DNA from: Camelus ferus
Lineage: Eukaryota
Direction: 5' to 3'
Length of the DNA: 64,000 nucleotides
Assembly (NCBI RefSeq): GCF_009834535.1
Contig: NC_045707.1
Location: forward strand, 63,862,001-63,926,000
A program made the translations under genes and the position numbers. The notes beneath the pieces were generated by a model that was not told the origin of the DNA, ran no database searches, and saw only the letters and a program-made list of their open reading frames with translations. Positions 12,301 through 27,100 of the stretch are shown here, one piece after another; position 1 is the stretch's first letter; each line of letters starts with the position of its first letter.

Positions 12301-15300
12301 TTTGTTAATAGTTATGTAGAATTATTAATTTTTTCTTTGATTTTTAAGAAGTTAATTTAGATAGCCTTATGGCTCTTCATAGAAAGTTAGAGAAAATAAA
12401 ACTTAATGATGAAGAAGATGATATAGTAGTGTCCAGAAAGACTGAGAATATAGAATATTTTAGATTTTTGGTATATAACCAGTATTAGTGGAGTTGGGAA
12501 AATCAATTAATGCAATATAAACAGAAGGAACCATAGACTAGCTACTTGGAACCCATTGTTTTTATGGATTAAAATTCAAAGAGTTTAAGTGACTTGTCCA
12601 AGACCATGTTAAGTGACTTGTCCAAGGTAATTGTGGTAGTATCAAGAAGAGGATAGAGATACTTTCATCATCAAGAATAACAAATACACTGTCTTTGCAG
12701 CTTCCAAAACATAAATCAGTGGTTGTAACACTAAATGATTCAGATGATAGTGAATCTGATGGAGAGGCGTCAAAGTCAACCAATAGTGTTTTTGGTGGAT
12801 TGGAGTCCATGATTAAAGAAGCAAGACGAACTGCTGAGGTAAGCTTAGCAATGAAAGATGAAAAGAAAAGTGATTTGTTGATAGTCATTAAAGTTCATTT
12901 TTTCCCCCTGAAAATTATACACCAGAGTTTTAGATTTTTTAAAGTAGTTTGTATTATTAGGACTTTGTATAATGAAGTGTATATAAATTTAGATAGATAT
13001 AACTATTAAAAATCCCCTTTTTTTGTTTCCAGTTGACTAACTCCCTTCTTCAAAATAGTAAACCTGTGTAGATAATTGTCCTCTGCACTAAGGAAATTTA
13101 TTGTTTTGGAATTACATTGTCAGAAAATCGTTTTTTTATTTAAGTGTATGATCTAAGTATAACTTTTATCCCTATTCCTAATTGCAGCTGTTGTTTCGAT
13201 ATGGTTTAGTTCAGTTATTTTCAAACTGTAGCTCTTAACCACTTAGTGGATTTGTACAATTAATTAATTTGGTGGTTAATGACCAGCATCATTTTTGTTT
13301 AAAAAGTTATAGAAAATAATGATGAAGAAACTCATTTATTTCTAAAAGTATATAAATGTGCAAGGGTAATAGAAAACATGGATCTTAGTGTGGGATTATG
13401 AAAGCTGTTGATTGGTTGACTTCAAATGTTTTCTAGCAAGCTTCAAAGCCGAAAGTACCTCCAAAATCTGAAAAAGAAAATGATCCCATGCGAACACCTG
13501 AAGCTTTGCCTGAAGAAAAGAAGATTGAATATAGATTGTTAAAGGAAGAGATTGCCAAGTAAGTGGCATTTTATGTAATTAGCTTTAAAGATATGTACTT
13601 TTTCAGTGCTTACTCTGTATACAGTTTATTGGCATTGGGGAATGAAGATGGTGGTTTTATCCAAGATGCACAGTTAATGTTTTTGTAACTTGCACAGGAG
13701 GGGGAGCCAGATGATCATCTGTAGACTTGAATACAGTGAAGCACTGAGATAAAAACAGCTTAGAAAAGGGTAAAAGCTGTTAGGGAGAACTACACTATGA
13801 ACTTTGAATGTCAACTTGGGTCATGCATATTGGTCATCATGGGTGTTGTTAGTATGTTAGTCACTTAGTTAATATTTTTATTTTATGAAATAGAAACATC
13901 TTTAAAGAAAAATAATTTCAGTCTGTTCTTTGATATAGTTTATCAGCTCTTATTGGTTATTTCAGTCGTGAGAAACAGCGTTTGATTAAATCAGATCAGC
14001 TGAAGACAAGCCCATCATCCCCAGCAAACTCTGATGCGGAGATTGATGGGATTGGCAGGATAGCAATGGTTACTAAGCAGGTCACAGATGCAGAAGCAAA
14101 ACTTAAAAAACATAGGTGAGTCTTATCATCCAATTAAATACTGCATGTATCTAAATGTTCCTGCATTAGAGGGATGTATTTTTCTGGTGTGTGTCAGTAA
14201 TAATAAGTACACTGTATAATTGCTAGTTTCTTTTACTTAGAGTTATAGAAGGCTGTCATTTTGTTGAATTGTACATTTACATAAAGTAATAGTATTTCTG
14301 TTTAAATAAGAGTATCAGGGATTCAAAGGAGAGTTTTCCCCTTCAGATTTATCTGTGGCTTATTCATTGCGAAAAGCATTTATGAAACTCCTCATTTTGA
14401 AATTTTCTTTAAAACCTCTGGCATGTTTTTTGAAATACCTTTATTGGAAGCACATTTTTACTGTAAAAGATGGACCTGATAGTTGGAAATAGTCATTACT
14501 CAGTCTCCTCAGTAAGACATGATCAAATACGGTGTTATTATAAAAATTGATGTGCAGTAATGGTGAGATGTATCTGATATTAGAGCTCTGAAAAATATTC
14601 TTTATAGATAAAATATTATGGTGACCGTAAATCTCCAAAATTATCAATGAGAAATGGTATTGTATGTGTTTTAAAAGAGTTTAAATTCATTTAGATTCTA
14701 TTTCTTTAGTAACTTTTGTAAGAGATGAAAAGATTTTTAGAAAATTCTTTGTCATTGTACTCCCCATCCTCTCTATCACATATTCTCTGTCTTTATGACT
14801 CATTCTAGATGTCAGTTGTGACTGTTGAAATATGGTAACTTTCTGCAAAAGATCCTTCATTTTTTTAACCATAGTATTTAGTAGTTGAAAAGATGAAAAT
14901 CTACATCCATAAATTTGTCTTTTTGTCCTGTTTTTTTTTCTTCTCAGTTTCAAACTTTACATCTGTTGATTAGTTAAAAATTAGACTGCCTTAAAAAAAT
15001 TTAGACTTCCTTTTCCCCTTCCTTGCCTTGCTTTAGATAAAATTGAGATAGATATTATAAGTTAATTAAATGTGCTTGATGATGTTTATAAGATGTTTAT
15101 TTGTGTGTATATTAGCATTATAAATGAAGCTAAACAGCAATTTTCTGTCTTAAGTCCTCATTCGTCAGAAGTCATATAGGGCCAGATTGAACAGTTTATT
15201 ATTAATAGCTTTTCAACTGTAATTCATATTACCCAGACACATGATTTTTTTTTTAAGATCAGGCTCATAGCTGCTTTCATAAAATGTAACAGTATCTATC

Positions 15301-18161
15301 TGAAAACTTACACAGTTGATGAATATGAAAATGCTTATCCACTAAAATACTCACCTGTGTATCATAAGTGTATTTTTAAAAATGAGCTACTACTATTTAA
15401 GTTTTTTATTCTTATGATGTTAGTCCACTAGTTTAGAAAAACAGTATGAATTTTGTTATTTCCCAATTAGGATTCTCTTGATGAAAGATGAATCTGTTTT
15501 AAAGAATCTAGTACAGCAAGAAGCCAAGAAAAAAGAATCTGTTCGGAATGCTGAAACAAAAATTACAAAACTTACAGAACAGCTTCAGGCAACAGAGAAA
15601 ATCCTCAGTGTCAACAGAATGTTTTTGAAGAAGCTTCAGGAACAAGTAATGTTCTTTTTTTAAATGAAAATATAGTCTCATGTTTGCTACACATTTTTTT
15701 AGGCCAAATTTTTAATAAAATCATAAACCAAAGCCATCATAATGTGTAACCTATATATTATTCTCCACTGAGACCTACTATTAGCGTATTTTAATTTTCA
15801 GTTGAATACCCTAAAGCTACTATGTTTAAGAAGATATTTCCTCTCCCGAGATTTACATTTGCAGAATTACCTTATATTTTAGATTCACAAAGTTCAACAA
15901 CGTGTTACAATTAAGAAAGCTTTGACTCTGAAGTATGGAGAAGAACTTGCTCGGGCAAAGGCAGTGGCTAGTAAAGAGATAGGAAAACGTAAACTGGAAC
16001 AGGATCGCCTTGGAGTAAGTTGTTTATAGAAATATTTTATTTTTGGAAATGGGAAGGTTTTAGAGATACTTTTGAGGGTAAGAGATGTTTTAAAGTTCAA
16101 ACTTCTTTCTGCATATTCAAAGAGAATAAGATTAAAGCTTTGTTTTTAAATGACATCCACATTTTTGGAAGCTTGTTTTTAAATTTATTTTCACTGGGTT
16201 TTTGTTTGTTTGTTTTTTGTACATCATAGATTAACTAGCAAAACTGTTGGACGCATTTGTGAAACTTGTATTCTCATTATTGATTTAGTTTTATAATGTT
16301 GGCATTGTATTGTAGGGATAGCATAATTATCTTACCAAAAATTGTTTATAAAATCATAGGAATATAAAATACTGGTATCATCTTTTCTTCCAGCCAAACA
16401 AAATGATGAGACTGGACAATTCTCCAATATCAAGTCCAAGAAAGCATTCAGCAGAACTAATTGCTATGGAAAAAAGACGATTACAAAAGCTTGAATATGA
16501 ATATGCCCTGAAAATTCAGAAACTAAAAGAAGCCAGGGCTCTTAAAGCAAAGGAACAACAAAATATCGCTCCACTTGTGGAAGAGGAACCTGAATTTTCT
16601 TTACCTCAACCTTCACTTCATGATCTGACTCAAGATAAATTAAGTCTGGACACGGAGGAAAATGATATTGATGATGAGATTTTGTCTGGTTCAAACAGAG
16701 AACGGAGAAGATCCTTCTTAGAATCCAATTCTTTTACTAAGCCTAACCTTAAGCACACTGATACACCTAACAAAGAATGTATAACCAAACCTAAAAGTAC
16801 AGTTGAAAAACCAGAACTTTTTCTAGGGTTAAAAATTGGTGAATTGCAAAAATTATATTTAAAAGCTGACAGCTTAAAACAACTGATTTTAAAAACCACC
16901 ACAGGCATTACAGACAAGGTTTTGTGTGGTCAGGTAACCGAACATTTCGTATTCTTCATAAAATCTATAGAATTCACTGTAGCCCTGTTTGCCTTATGAA
17001 GGTATTATTTTCTCTTCCAGGAGATTTCGGTGGATGTGGATTTTGTGACAGCACAGAGTAAAGCAGCAGAAGTGAAGCCATGTCCATTTAGACCCTACCA
17101 TAGTCCCCTTCTAGTTTTTAAGTCTTACAGGTATAGAAGAAAGATTCAGTAAGCTTGAGTTTCAGGATTGCTTCTTGTTCTTAATGATATCTCATCCTTG
17201 AATGTATGATGACGATGAAAAAAACTGAATCATGGCCACTAAAGAGTGGACTTATTCTTTCAGGGAATATAGAAATTACGTGTCTTGTTGTCAGACTTGA
17301 ACCAAATAGGAAGTGATTGGTCTAACTCACTCCTGGGCTTATTAATTCTTACCAGATCCTAATTTCTGGCTACTTGTGGAACTGTGAAAAATTCTGGAAG
17401 ATTTTATGAAAATAACTGGCATCTTAGAGAATTTTTAATTTTTATTTTTTTAGTTTTACTGTTACTCTAAGGAATGCATTGGCCAGCTTTCATAAATTGA
17501 TTTGACATTTTCAGATGATTAACTTCATGGGAGGTTTGTCTTTTTAAAAGACTTCCAGAAGCTGTTGAATTGATATGATTTAGTCATAAAATTGCAAAGC
17601 ACCTATCGGGTAGTATAGACTTTTTCTGTAGTGTTTTGATTGGCTGGTGATGTGTGCAAGAAATACCAGTATTGTATAGCATTTTATCATGTGGTGAGAA
17701 AACACTACTTTTAAAATACAGGGTATTTTTGTTTTTCATTTTCTATTTCAGGTATTTTATGTCCTGGGTGTAAAAGTAACTTGTCCCCATCACTCAATAT
17801 TCTGGTTGTTTCCTAGAGTTAATTTTCATATTAAGGAAGTAGATAAATAGTAAGCTCAAAGTGTAGAAACTTGGATTGAGGAAGAGAAAAATTAAAAAGA
17901 ATTTTTCTAAGGAATGTTTATTGAGCATCATAATGTGCCTGTCTGCCTTTCTTCTCCTTAGATTTAGTCCATACTATCGAACCAAGGAAAAACTTCCCCT
18001 AAGCTCAGTATCATATAGTAATATGATCGAACCGGATCAGTGTTTCTGCCGTTTTGATTTAACAGGAACGTGTAATGATGATGACTGTCAATGGTAAGTA
18101 GTTCTTATTTGTGAACATTTTATAATTTAAAAGACTGTCTTGGTTATTTAGCTCCGATATA

Positions 18162-18196
<35 letters not shown>

Positions 18197-21100
18197 GATT
18201 ATCTTTTCTTGTTATTTTATTTTAGGCAGCATACACAAGACTATACACTTAGCCGAAAACAGCTATTCCAGGACATTCTGTCATATAATCTGTCTTTGAT
18301 TGGTTGCTCAGAGACAAGCACCGATGAAGAAATTGCTGCTGCAGCAGGTTTTTAAAGACCTCTTGTTTCCCAAGTGACAGTTTGAATTTAGGCAGTTTAA
18401 AACTGTTATATTCCATTGTTGTTGACATCTTCAAATAGCTGTAAGAATTCAGTGCATTCATCTATGACACTTTATCTAGGTCTGCTTTGTTTAGTACAGT
18501 AGTCACTAGCCATATGTTGGTCTTTAAATTTAAGTTAGTTAAAATGAAAATTTACTTCCTCTGTCGCACTAGCCACATTTCAAATGCTCGGTAGCCGCTG
18601 TTGAGCTTGGTGGTGGTAAGTGCTTACCAGTAGGACTGTGCAGATAAGACATTTCCATTACTGTGGAAAGTTCTTTTGACGGAGCTCTTCTAAATGTTTC
18701 AGTTTATTTAGAAGAATATGTTAACATAGTTGTATAGAAATTTTACCAGTGATTTAAAAATAGGCCCTGTTTTTATTTATTACTGTTTTCAAAAATAGAG
18801 GAGGGTGGTAGAAGTTGAGATGACTGTAGTTTCAAATTCTACAGTGGAATAAAAAAGGACTTTTTACACTTTGACACTGTAGAAAGCGTAGATTACTGTC
18901 AGATATTGTGATTAAATACTGTTAAGCTTTTCCCCAGATTTAGTGCCTTAAACCATAAGTGTTTTGGAAGTAAGGGACTTGGTGTTTATTAAATTCAGTT
19001 TTATCACAACCTAGAATGATTACAGTGTCACTGAATCTATTTAATCAGTGCCAATCTGAGACTTTAATCTTCACTTACTTGTTTAGTATCTTTCAGGAAA
19101 TACTTTTTTTTTTAAAGCCCAAATTGGGTACATGAAATGGTAGGATTCACTGCAGAAGTTAAGATAATGTAGGCCTTGTCCTTTAGAAGACCATAGATGT
19201 TTTTGACTAGTATCATTTACTTACCTTTAATTCTTAAGCTATTCTCTTCATACTCTTTAATTAGCCTCATGTCTGTAAACCCTGTTTTTTATGACAATAG
19301 CATTTTTCTAATTCCAGAGAAATATGTTGAGAAACTTTTTGGAGTAAACAAAGATCGAATGTCAATGGACCAGATGGCTGTTCTCCTTGTTAGCAATATC
19401 AATGAAAGTAAAGGCCACAGTGAGTATATATATGTCTGTCTCTCATTCAAAAGGACCTTATAGTTTAGGAGAGCACATTTTTTGGCATTATGTCCTCAGT
19501 GTGTTAAAAAAAAAAGTAATTTCTGAGTAACACAATAGACTAAATTTAGCTCTTTTTTCAGTATTGTTTGGGTAGCCTTCAAAACTATGAAAGACTAGTT
19601 CTGTTAACTACAGTCTTCTCCTATCTACTTTAGCACCTCCATTTACAACCTACAAAGATAAAAGAAAGTGGAAGCCAAAGTTCTGGAGAAAACCTATTTC
19701 AGAGAATAATTTCAGTAGCGATGAGGAACAATCTACAGGACCAATTAAGTATGGTGAGAAGTAATTTAAGATCCCACATCATTACATTGTGGTGCTCCAT
19801 CTTTGTCTAACACTTTACTAATCTCTTAGTGTAGTCTGCTAGCTCTTAAAAATTATCTCATTTTTTTTTTAAATAGTAATGCCACTTGGCATTTTGAGGC
19901 AATTAGTCTTCCTTATGCTAGACTGCTCGTTATACTGCAGGACGTTTTGTATTCATGGCCCTTGTCTAGTAAACGTAAGGATCACTCTTTAGTAAATGTG
20001 ACAGCTTTGGATACTGCTAAGCCTACTTGAGTGAGGAGAGGGGAGCAGTGTGGCTGCCTGGCCTGTGTCCTTCTTGAGCGCAGGCGTTCTGTTTTATCTC
20101 ATCTCGGAGTCTGTGTTTTCTGACGTGCAGTAGCCTCACAGAATGAAGGGACAAATGAATGAACAAAGTAGTATCTGAATGAGTGACTTACTGTCGAGCA
20201 TATCTTGCACTGTAATCTTAAATTCACGTATTTTGTTTACTATTTGTGGATTAGCAGATATGCTCTCGTGCTTATTTACATTAATGTAACACTTTTTCAC
20301 TAATTTCAATATATTGGAATAAATCATCTTCAATTACAATTTTCTTTTACAATTTAATGAATGTGAATTGTCAGATGATGTCACCCTTAGAGTAGGGAGG
20401 TCATTTTTCACTCTTAGAAGTGTCCTAGTTTGGACAATAAACTGTATGATCACTCTACCTGAAAGCTATGAGCTTTAGATTTTTAGATTATTTTAAAGAT
20501 GAGGCCAATTGATTTTTTTCTCGAGTCTGTGGATTAGAGAAATTAGAAGCTAATAATACTTGTCCTTATAGCCTTCCAGCCGGAGAACCGAATAAATGTT
20601 CCAGCTTTGGATACAGTTGTCACTCCAGATGATGTCAGATACTTTACAAATGAGACTGATGACATTGCTAATTTAGAAGCAAGTGTGCTGGAAAATCCTT
20701 CTCATGTACAACTTTGGCTCAAGCTTGCATACAAGTACTTGAATCAAAATGAGGGGTAGGTCCCCTTCTGATCTTTGTGTAAACTGTTGCACATTTATAT
20801 TTTTATGTTTAAAGTTTATTTCATCTCTGATAATCAGGTTTCCTTCCTAGTATCAGTGGATCTCTGTGTTTTGACAAAGGCGAAAGCACTTTATTGGTTA
20901 AGAGCTATTAGAAAAAGTTTAAGATTAGCTCTTGAGTTATGTGCATGATTAGTGTATAGTTAATAAATTAGCTACAGTTTTTAACTTTAGTAGACTCTTA
21001 CTTCAAAGTAGTATTAGTTAAAATGGTAAATTCTGAGTGGTCTAAGAATTAATTATAGGGCTTTTTAGTAAGTCAGGTAATCGTAATCTCTTAATAAAAT

Positions 21101-24100
21101 TATGGTAAAATCACAGTGGAACAGATTAAATTTTATGTCAATTTTCATTTGGAGATTTAAAGCTTATCTAAGAACTTCTAAATTCTAGTGAATTGACTTT
21201 TTTCTGTGTGGTATTATGTATGTATGTTCAAATAAGATAAATAGTGATTTATCTCAAAAGTGACAGCTCCTATAACATAAGTGCATTTTCTAACTCCTGC
21301 TTGTTGATAGGATTGCCGAGAATAATCTTTTATTACCAGGAGTAATCTTTTGTTACTATAGTTTTAGAATTTTAATAGTTCACTTTTTGGTTTTTTTTTT
21401 TAAACAGCCTACTCTATCTTAAAACTTGGAATAAAAACATTTTTAAGGTAGCGCTACAGAATGCTAATACATCACACATACCTGAACATGGGGCTTGTTT
21501 AACTTGACTTGTGTGTCATTTTCATGTTAATGGGATAAGTTACAGTGTTTTCTTTTCTGACTCATTGACTGAGTGAAGGCCAACAAAACTGTACATAATT
21601 TTATGAATAGGATCATGAGAGACAATTATCTTCTCCAAGAGATAGCAAGACCTTGACTGCTGAAAAGAACTATTATATTGAAAGCTTTGATTATTTTGTG
21701 CTGGCAGTAGCTGGCCTTGAGGGGGAATTGTTTAACTTTTCCCATTCCCAGACCAGTGCACATCATAAAAGGTATTGCTGAATATGGACATAAAGCACAT
21801 TTGAAGTTTGATAATCTAGTGGTTTTATAACACTGTGTTTTTGTCTGGGAAATGCTCCTTGAACATCCACTTTAAAAGGAATTGTTGGGCCTGTGGGAAG
21901 GCAGGACCTTTTTTGGACAGATGTGATTTAAAATCCTGATCTACCTCCCTTTGTCATAGGTTATTCTAGCCTTATGGTAAGTTCTAATAGAAAATGGAAT
22001 TAAAAAGTTGACTTATTAGACTAGACTGATTTAAAAGTATTTTCAAGCGTTAAAGGAAAAAAAAAGATGCTCCTGCTTTTTCTTTTAAACATGTAGGCTG
22101 TGTTCAGAGTCTCTGGATTCTGCTTTAAATGTTCTGGCTCGAGCTTTGGAAAACAACAAAGACAATCCAGAAATTTGGTGCCATTACCTCAGATTGTTCT
22201 CAAAAAGAGGAACCAAGGAAGAGGTGCAGGAAATGTGTGAAACAGCTGTTGAATATGCTCCTGATTATCAAAGTTTTTGGACAGTGAGTAGAAAAGATAA
22301 AGTCGTGTGTGTGAGACATACCATAATTCTTTAGGTCATCTTAAATATTGCTATGTAGCTTAATAGATCGTATGTTTTATCTGCATCAGATATAATAATA
22401 GCCTTACTCTCGCTGTCTAGTAGCCTCTTCTCTAAATCAGAAAATATTTAGTGAAGAGGTGATTTGTTGTTGTTGTTGTTCACTTTATTGGTAATGAAAA
22501 AATATAAACATTTAAAAACATTTTACACTTTCCTATTAAGTAGTTTTAGTTTGGGCAAAGTGAAGTAAATTTTTTGCAGAGCACCTGAAAATAATTAAAA
22601 ATTTTTTTTGTATATTTGTATGACATTTTTATGGAAGCCATGAAACATTTTGATCTTTTATTATCTGTCCTCATAATTTACGGAAATAATCTTAATCTGT
22701 AAATCATACTAATATTGAACCTTGCCAAGTTAAAAAGATTTGGTGAAAAAAATGGGTTTTTCCTCATTCTTACTGTCAGATCTATTATTTACTTGCTAAC
22801 TGAAATTTAGAACAGAGAGATTTGAATAACATGATATCCCTTAATAAATGAACTTACCACTCTCACTCTCACTCTCCTAACTCAGTTATTGAATAGATTT
22901 GGACAGTGGAAGGATGCTTGATTTTTTTTAACCCGGAGCCTTGTACCAAAGTTAATGCTATTGATCACCACATGTTATAGGGTGAAATGTTTTTCTTTAA
23001 AGTTGTTTGGACTTCAAAGGACCTCTTAATTTCTTGATTAAGTCTTTTTATTATTTTGCCACATATTTCTTCCATGCATACTATCTCAATATTTATATAC
23101 AGTCACACACCTGAGCAATGCCAATTGTGTGTGATCATAAATGCGAGCTTTTAGCAATCCATCATGGTCTTGCTGCCGTTTACCCATTGATTAAAGGAGA
23201 GGAGAGGTGAAGTTGCTTCAGTGATAATTCTGAGTGTGTATCTGTATTGTTTTAGTTTTCATCCAATTCCACTTTCCAACTTGTAGAAGGGGAAATCTAG
23301 GTATAGCACTGGAAGATGAGTTCATACGTATTTGTAATTATCCTTTTTACAGGAGTTGAATTTTTACTGTGAGACAGTTTCTTAATGAAATGTGAGAAAT
23401 CTGTAGTTGTAGTTTATTCTTATGAAGCAGAAATGATCACAGGAAATCGCTTTGGTCAGTTTCTGCACCTAGAAAGCACCTTTGAAGAAAAGGATTACGT
23501 ATGTGAGAGGATGGTGGAGTTCCTGATGGGAGCAGCCAAGCAGGAAACATCGGATATTCTGTCCTTTCAGCTTTTAGAGGCTCTTCTGTTTAGAGTTCAG
23601 CTACACATATTTACTGGAAGATGCCAAAGTGCACTTGCAATTTTACAGGTAAACGTTTATTACGGCTTTAAGTTACATTTTGTAGAGAATTTTTTAAAGG
23701 TTTAAAACAGTAGAGGTAGCAGTTGTTTAATGATAAGTACACAGGCTTTAGATTTGAATCTTTTTCTCCTACTTACTAGTAAATTGTGTGAATTAGGGGA
23801 AGTTTATGACTGTTTACTTCTTTGCTTAGTGGGAATATTCTTTTTTAGAGTGTTGATAAGGCTTAAATGAAAATGGTATATGTAGAATACCCACCAGAAT
23901 AAATGTCAGTATTTAAACCATAAGGGGAAAAATTAGTCCATAGTAAAAATTTTCTGTATGGATTTGGTGGGTTCTTCTTGTGTGTGTAGGGGTGTGTGTG
24001 TGTGTTTAACTGTTTTTATCATACTAGATTTTGAATATCAAGACACTTAAAATGTACAAGTAAATAATTTTTTCGTTAATTATGTCATAAACTTTAGCAT

Positions 24101-27100
24101 AGTAAAAATTATGTTAATCTTGTATTGATATCTCTAAAGAGTTTTTTTCGTTAAAAAATTTGTGACTATCAAAATTTTGACTTAGGTGTTTAAGAACCAT
24201 GCCAAAGAAATAAAACAATTTTAATCTTCTTTGCCTTTACAGTTGAATCTTATTAGGAATATTTTTAAAAACACCTTCAGATTATTTTTCCATTTTACCT
24301 AGAATGCATTGAAATTGGCTAATGATGGAATAGTAGCTGAATACCTTAAAACAAGTGATCGATGTTTGGCATGGCTGGCCTACATACATCTTGTTGAATT
24401 CAACGTTCTCCCTTCAAAATTTTATGATCCATCTAATGCCAATCCTTCAAGAATTGTTAACATAGAACCATTTGTAATGCCATGGCAAGCAGTTCAAGAT
24501 GTAAAGACTAATCCTGACATGTTGTTAGCGGTTTTTGAAGGTAAGGATAAGTGTTTCTGAATTATTTAGAACACCAACTTGTCCCTTATTATGATTCTTT
24601 ATAATTAAGTGAAACAAATTTATCTATTAGAGTTGTAGTTTTCACACTTTATTATATAAGTGCTTAAAAGGTTGAGGGTTGAGTCAGGTAAGATGGGCAT
24701 TGGCATCTGTGAAAGCCAGGAACTGCACTACATGACATAATTAGTTTTTCTGCTTGTGGCAGAGGATATCAGCTGAATACGTACATAATATGGCTTGTAT
24801 AGATTCAATGACTTGATTGAATCATAGAACCAGGTACATTTTGTGAAGCAGTCTATGAAGGGGAAAGTTAAAAGACTGCATCTTATTGTTTCAAGTAATT
24901 AATATTTTCTCCATCAGTCAGTGAGTTCGATCGCTGCTACATACTGAGGTATCTGCTATGGAATAAGGTCTAAAGCCTTTTCCATTCTATTATACTTAGT
25001 AAGTATATAACCCACTCAGAAGGTAAAGTCTATACATCTGATACAACTATTAAATGTATAAGGCCATATAACTGTGTATTAGTATATAGTCTAAATTCTG
25101 TACTTAGAGGAGAGATCTGTGGTTCAGAGAATTACATGGTACAGGCCGTAAATCTGAAGGGAAGAAATTATTGTAGGTCTGGGCATGATCAGGGACGTAT
25201 TCTTAGAAAAATTAGGACTTGGAGCTGGACCTTGAAGCTTGACTATGATGTGACCAACAAGGTGGGCCTCCTCAAAGATGGGACTCTTGTCTTATTTCTT
25301 TCTCTCTCAAGGGCCTGTAATGTCTGGCATTGTACTGAGTGCTTAGTAAATGTTTATTGAATGAACCAGAGGAGAAAGGAAGGAAACGAAGGCCATTCCT
25401 GTTAGAGGAGCTAAGTAAACAGAAACAACAGGGGTTGGTGCAGTGGATTTGAATGGAGATTAGAAGAAGGGAGAGTCCTTATCAAAGTGAGACTTTTGTG
25501 CTGGATAATAGTAGGAATTAAGCTTGATAAGTGGAATGATAACAGATTTTCAGGAACTTTGGAATGTAGTAGACTTGGTGGCAGTAGAGTTTCTTTAAGG
25601 AAGAAAGGAAGAAAGGAAGAAAGGAAGAAGGGAAGAGAAGGGAGGGAGGGAGGAAGGAAGGAAGGAGGGAAGGAAGAAAGTGTTGGAGAGAAATGATACC
25701 AAGGGTAAGAAAATCAACCAGAAACTGATGGCCGTAACTGAGGCACACAAAAAAAGAAACCCAGAAAAGAATGTATGCGTTGGAGACATTTTAGTTACCA
25801 CATAGAGATAGGGGACAGATCAGGTGTCAGGGAAGAAGAGAAGAAATAGTCAAAGATGATTTCAGAGTTTTGAGATTGGGAAAAGGAAAGTGTATTAATA
25901 GAAAGTTGGTGAATTAAGAGACTGATTTTGGTAGTAGGAGTGGTATTCGTAAATGATAATTGGTCACCCAAGTGGAAATGCTTGTTGGCAGAAGGAAATA
26001 AGGAAGTATAAATGGACAATTATAGATAGAGAAATGTAGTTGAAAATTATCAACACAGAAATTATGTTACATAGTGCTTTAGAGTTTTTTATGTGCTCTT
26101 GCAGTAAGTTATTCAATAGTTGAAGCTATGAGATTTCCTTTGAGGAAATAGAGATTTCAAAGTATAGCAGAAAGAGGAAAAAGAGAAAACTGGGACAGTG
26201 AATGAGACCAAGAGAAAATATAAATAGTCACTTGGAAGCAGAGGCAAGAAGAAATTAAAAAGAAGAGGAAGAACATTATCATGCTAATCAGATAAAATGA
26301 ATGTAGAGATAGTGTTTGTTTAGGTAGGATCCATATAAGTGAACTTCGGAAGTGCTGTTTCAGAATGACATTCACTTTTAAACTCAGCAAATCTGGGAAG
26401 TCATACCATGACTGGGCAAGGAGGAAATGGTGAGAGTTGTACAGAGGGAAACACTGGAGGACCGTTCTCTAAGAAGCAGCAAGACCAAGTAAAGGACTCT
26501 TTACAAAGGGATAAGTGTTTTAAAGAAGTAAGGAAAAGACCTAGTTTAGGGGGAGACATTTAAATGGCTATAGATTAAATGCAGGATACTTGTTTAGGTG
26601 TGAGAGCTTATATTGGATACTTTATTCTTAACAGGAAGATGAGGGTAAGAGATTACATTTTTTTTATGAGTTTGGAGATACCTGAAATGCCTTCTTATGT
26701 GTGAAAGCCGAGAGTTTAGTAAAGGTGAATAAGTGATGGTCAAACAAAAGAATAGGCTGTCTGAGAGTTTACACAGTCAAATAATTCATTCAGTGTTTGA
26801 TTCATGTTATTGCAATGTTTTTGGATAGATGCGGTGAAAGCTTGCACAGATGAGAGCCTTGCTGTTGAGGAAAGAGTAGAGGTCTGTGTTCCACTTTACA
26901 CAAACATGATTGCTTTGCACCAGCTTCTCAAGAGGTAAAACTTAACTGACAAGCAGTTAACCTTGTATTAAAAATGGATTCTTTCATGTGTTTAGATGTG
27001 TGTTTTTCTTGTGAAGGTATGAGGCTGCAGTGGAGCTGTGTAAATGTTTATTGGAATCATGTCCCATGAACTGCCAGTTGTTGGAATCACTTGTTGCTTT

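Noticed and set aside
17730..17757. Pyrimidine tract + AG|GT (recursive-splice-like); similar at ~8158 and ~10821
   Set aside because: Introns are short (<2 kb) and the reconstituted donors are weak; common by chance in AT-rich introns
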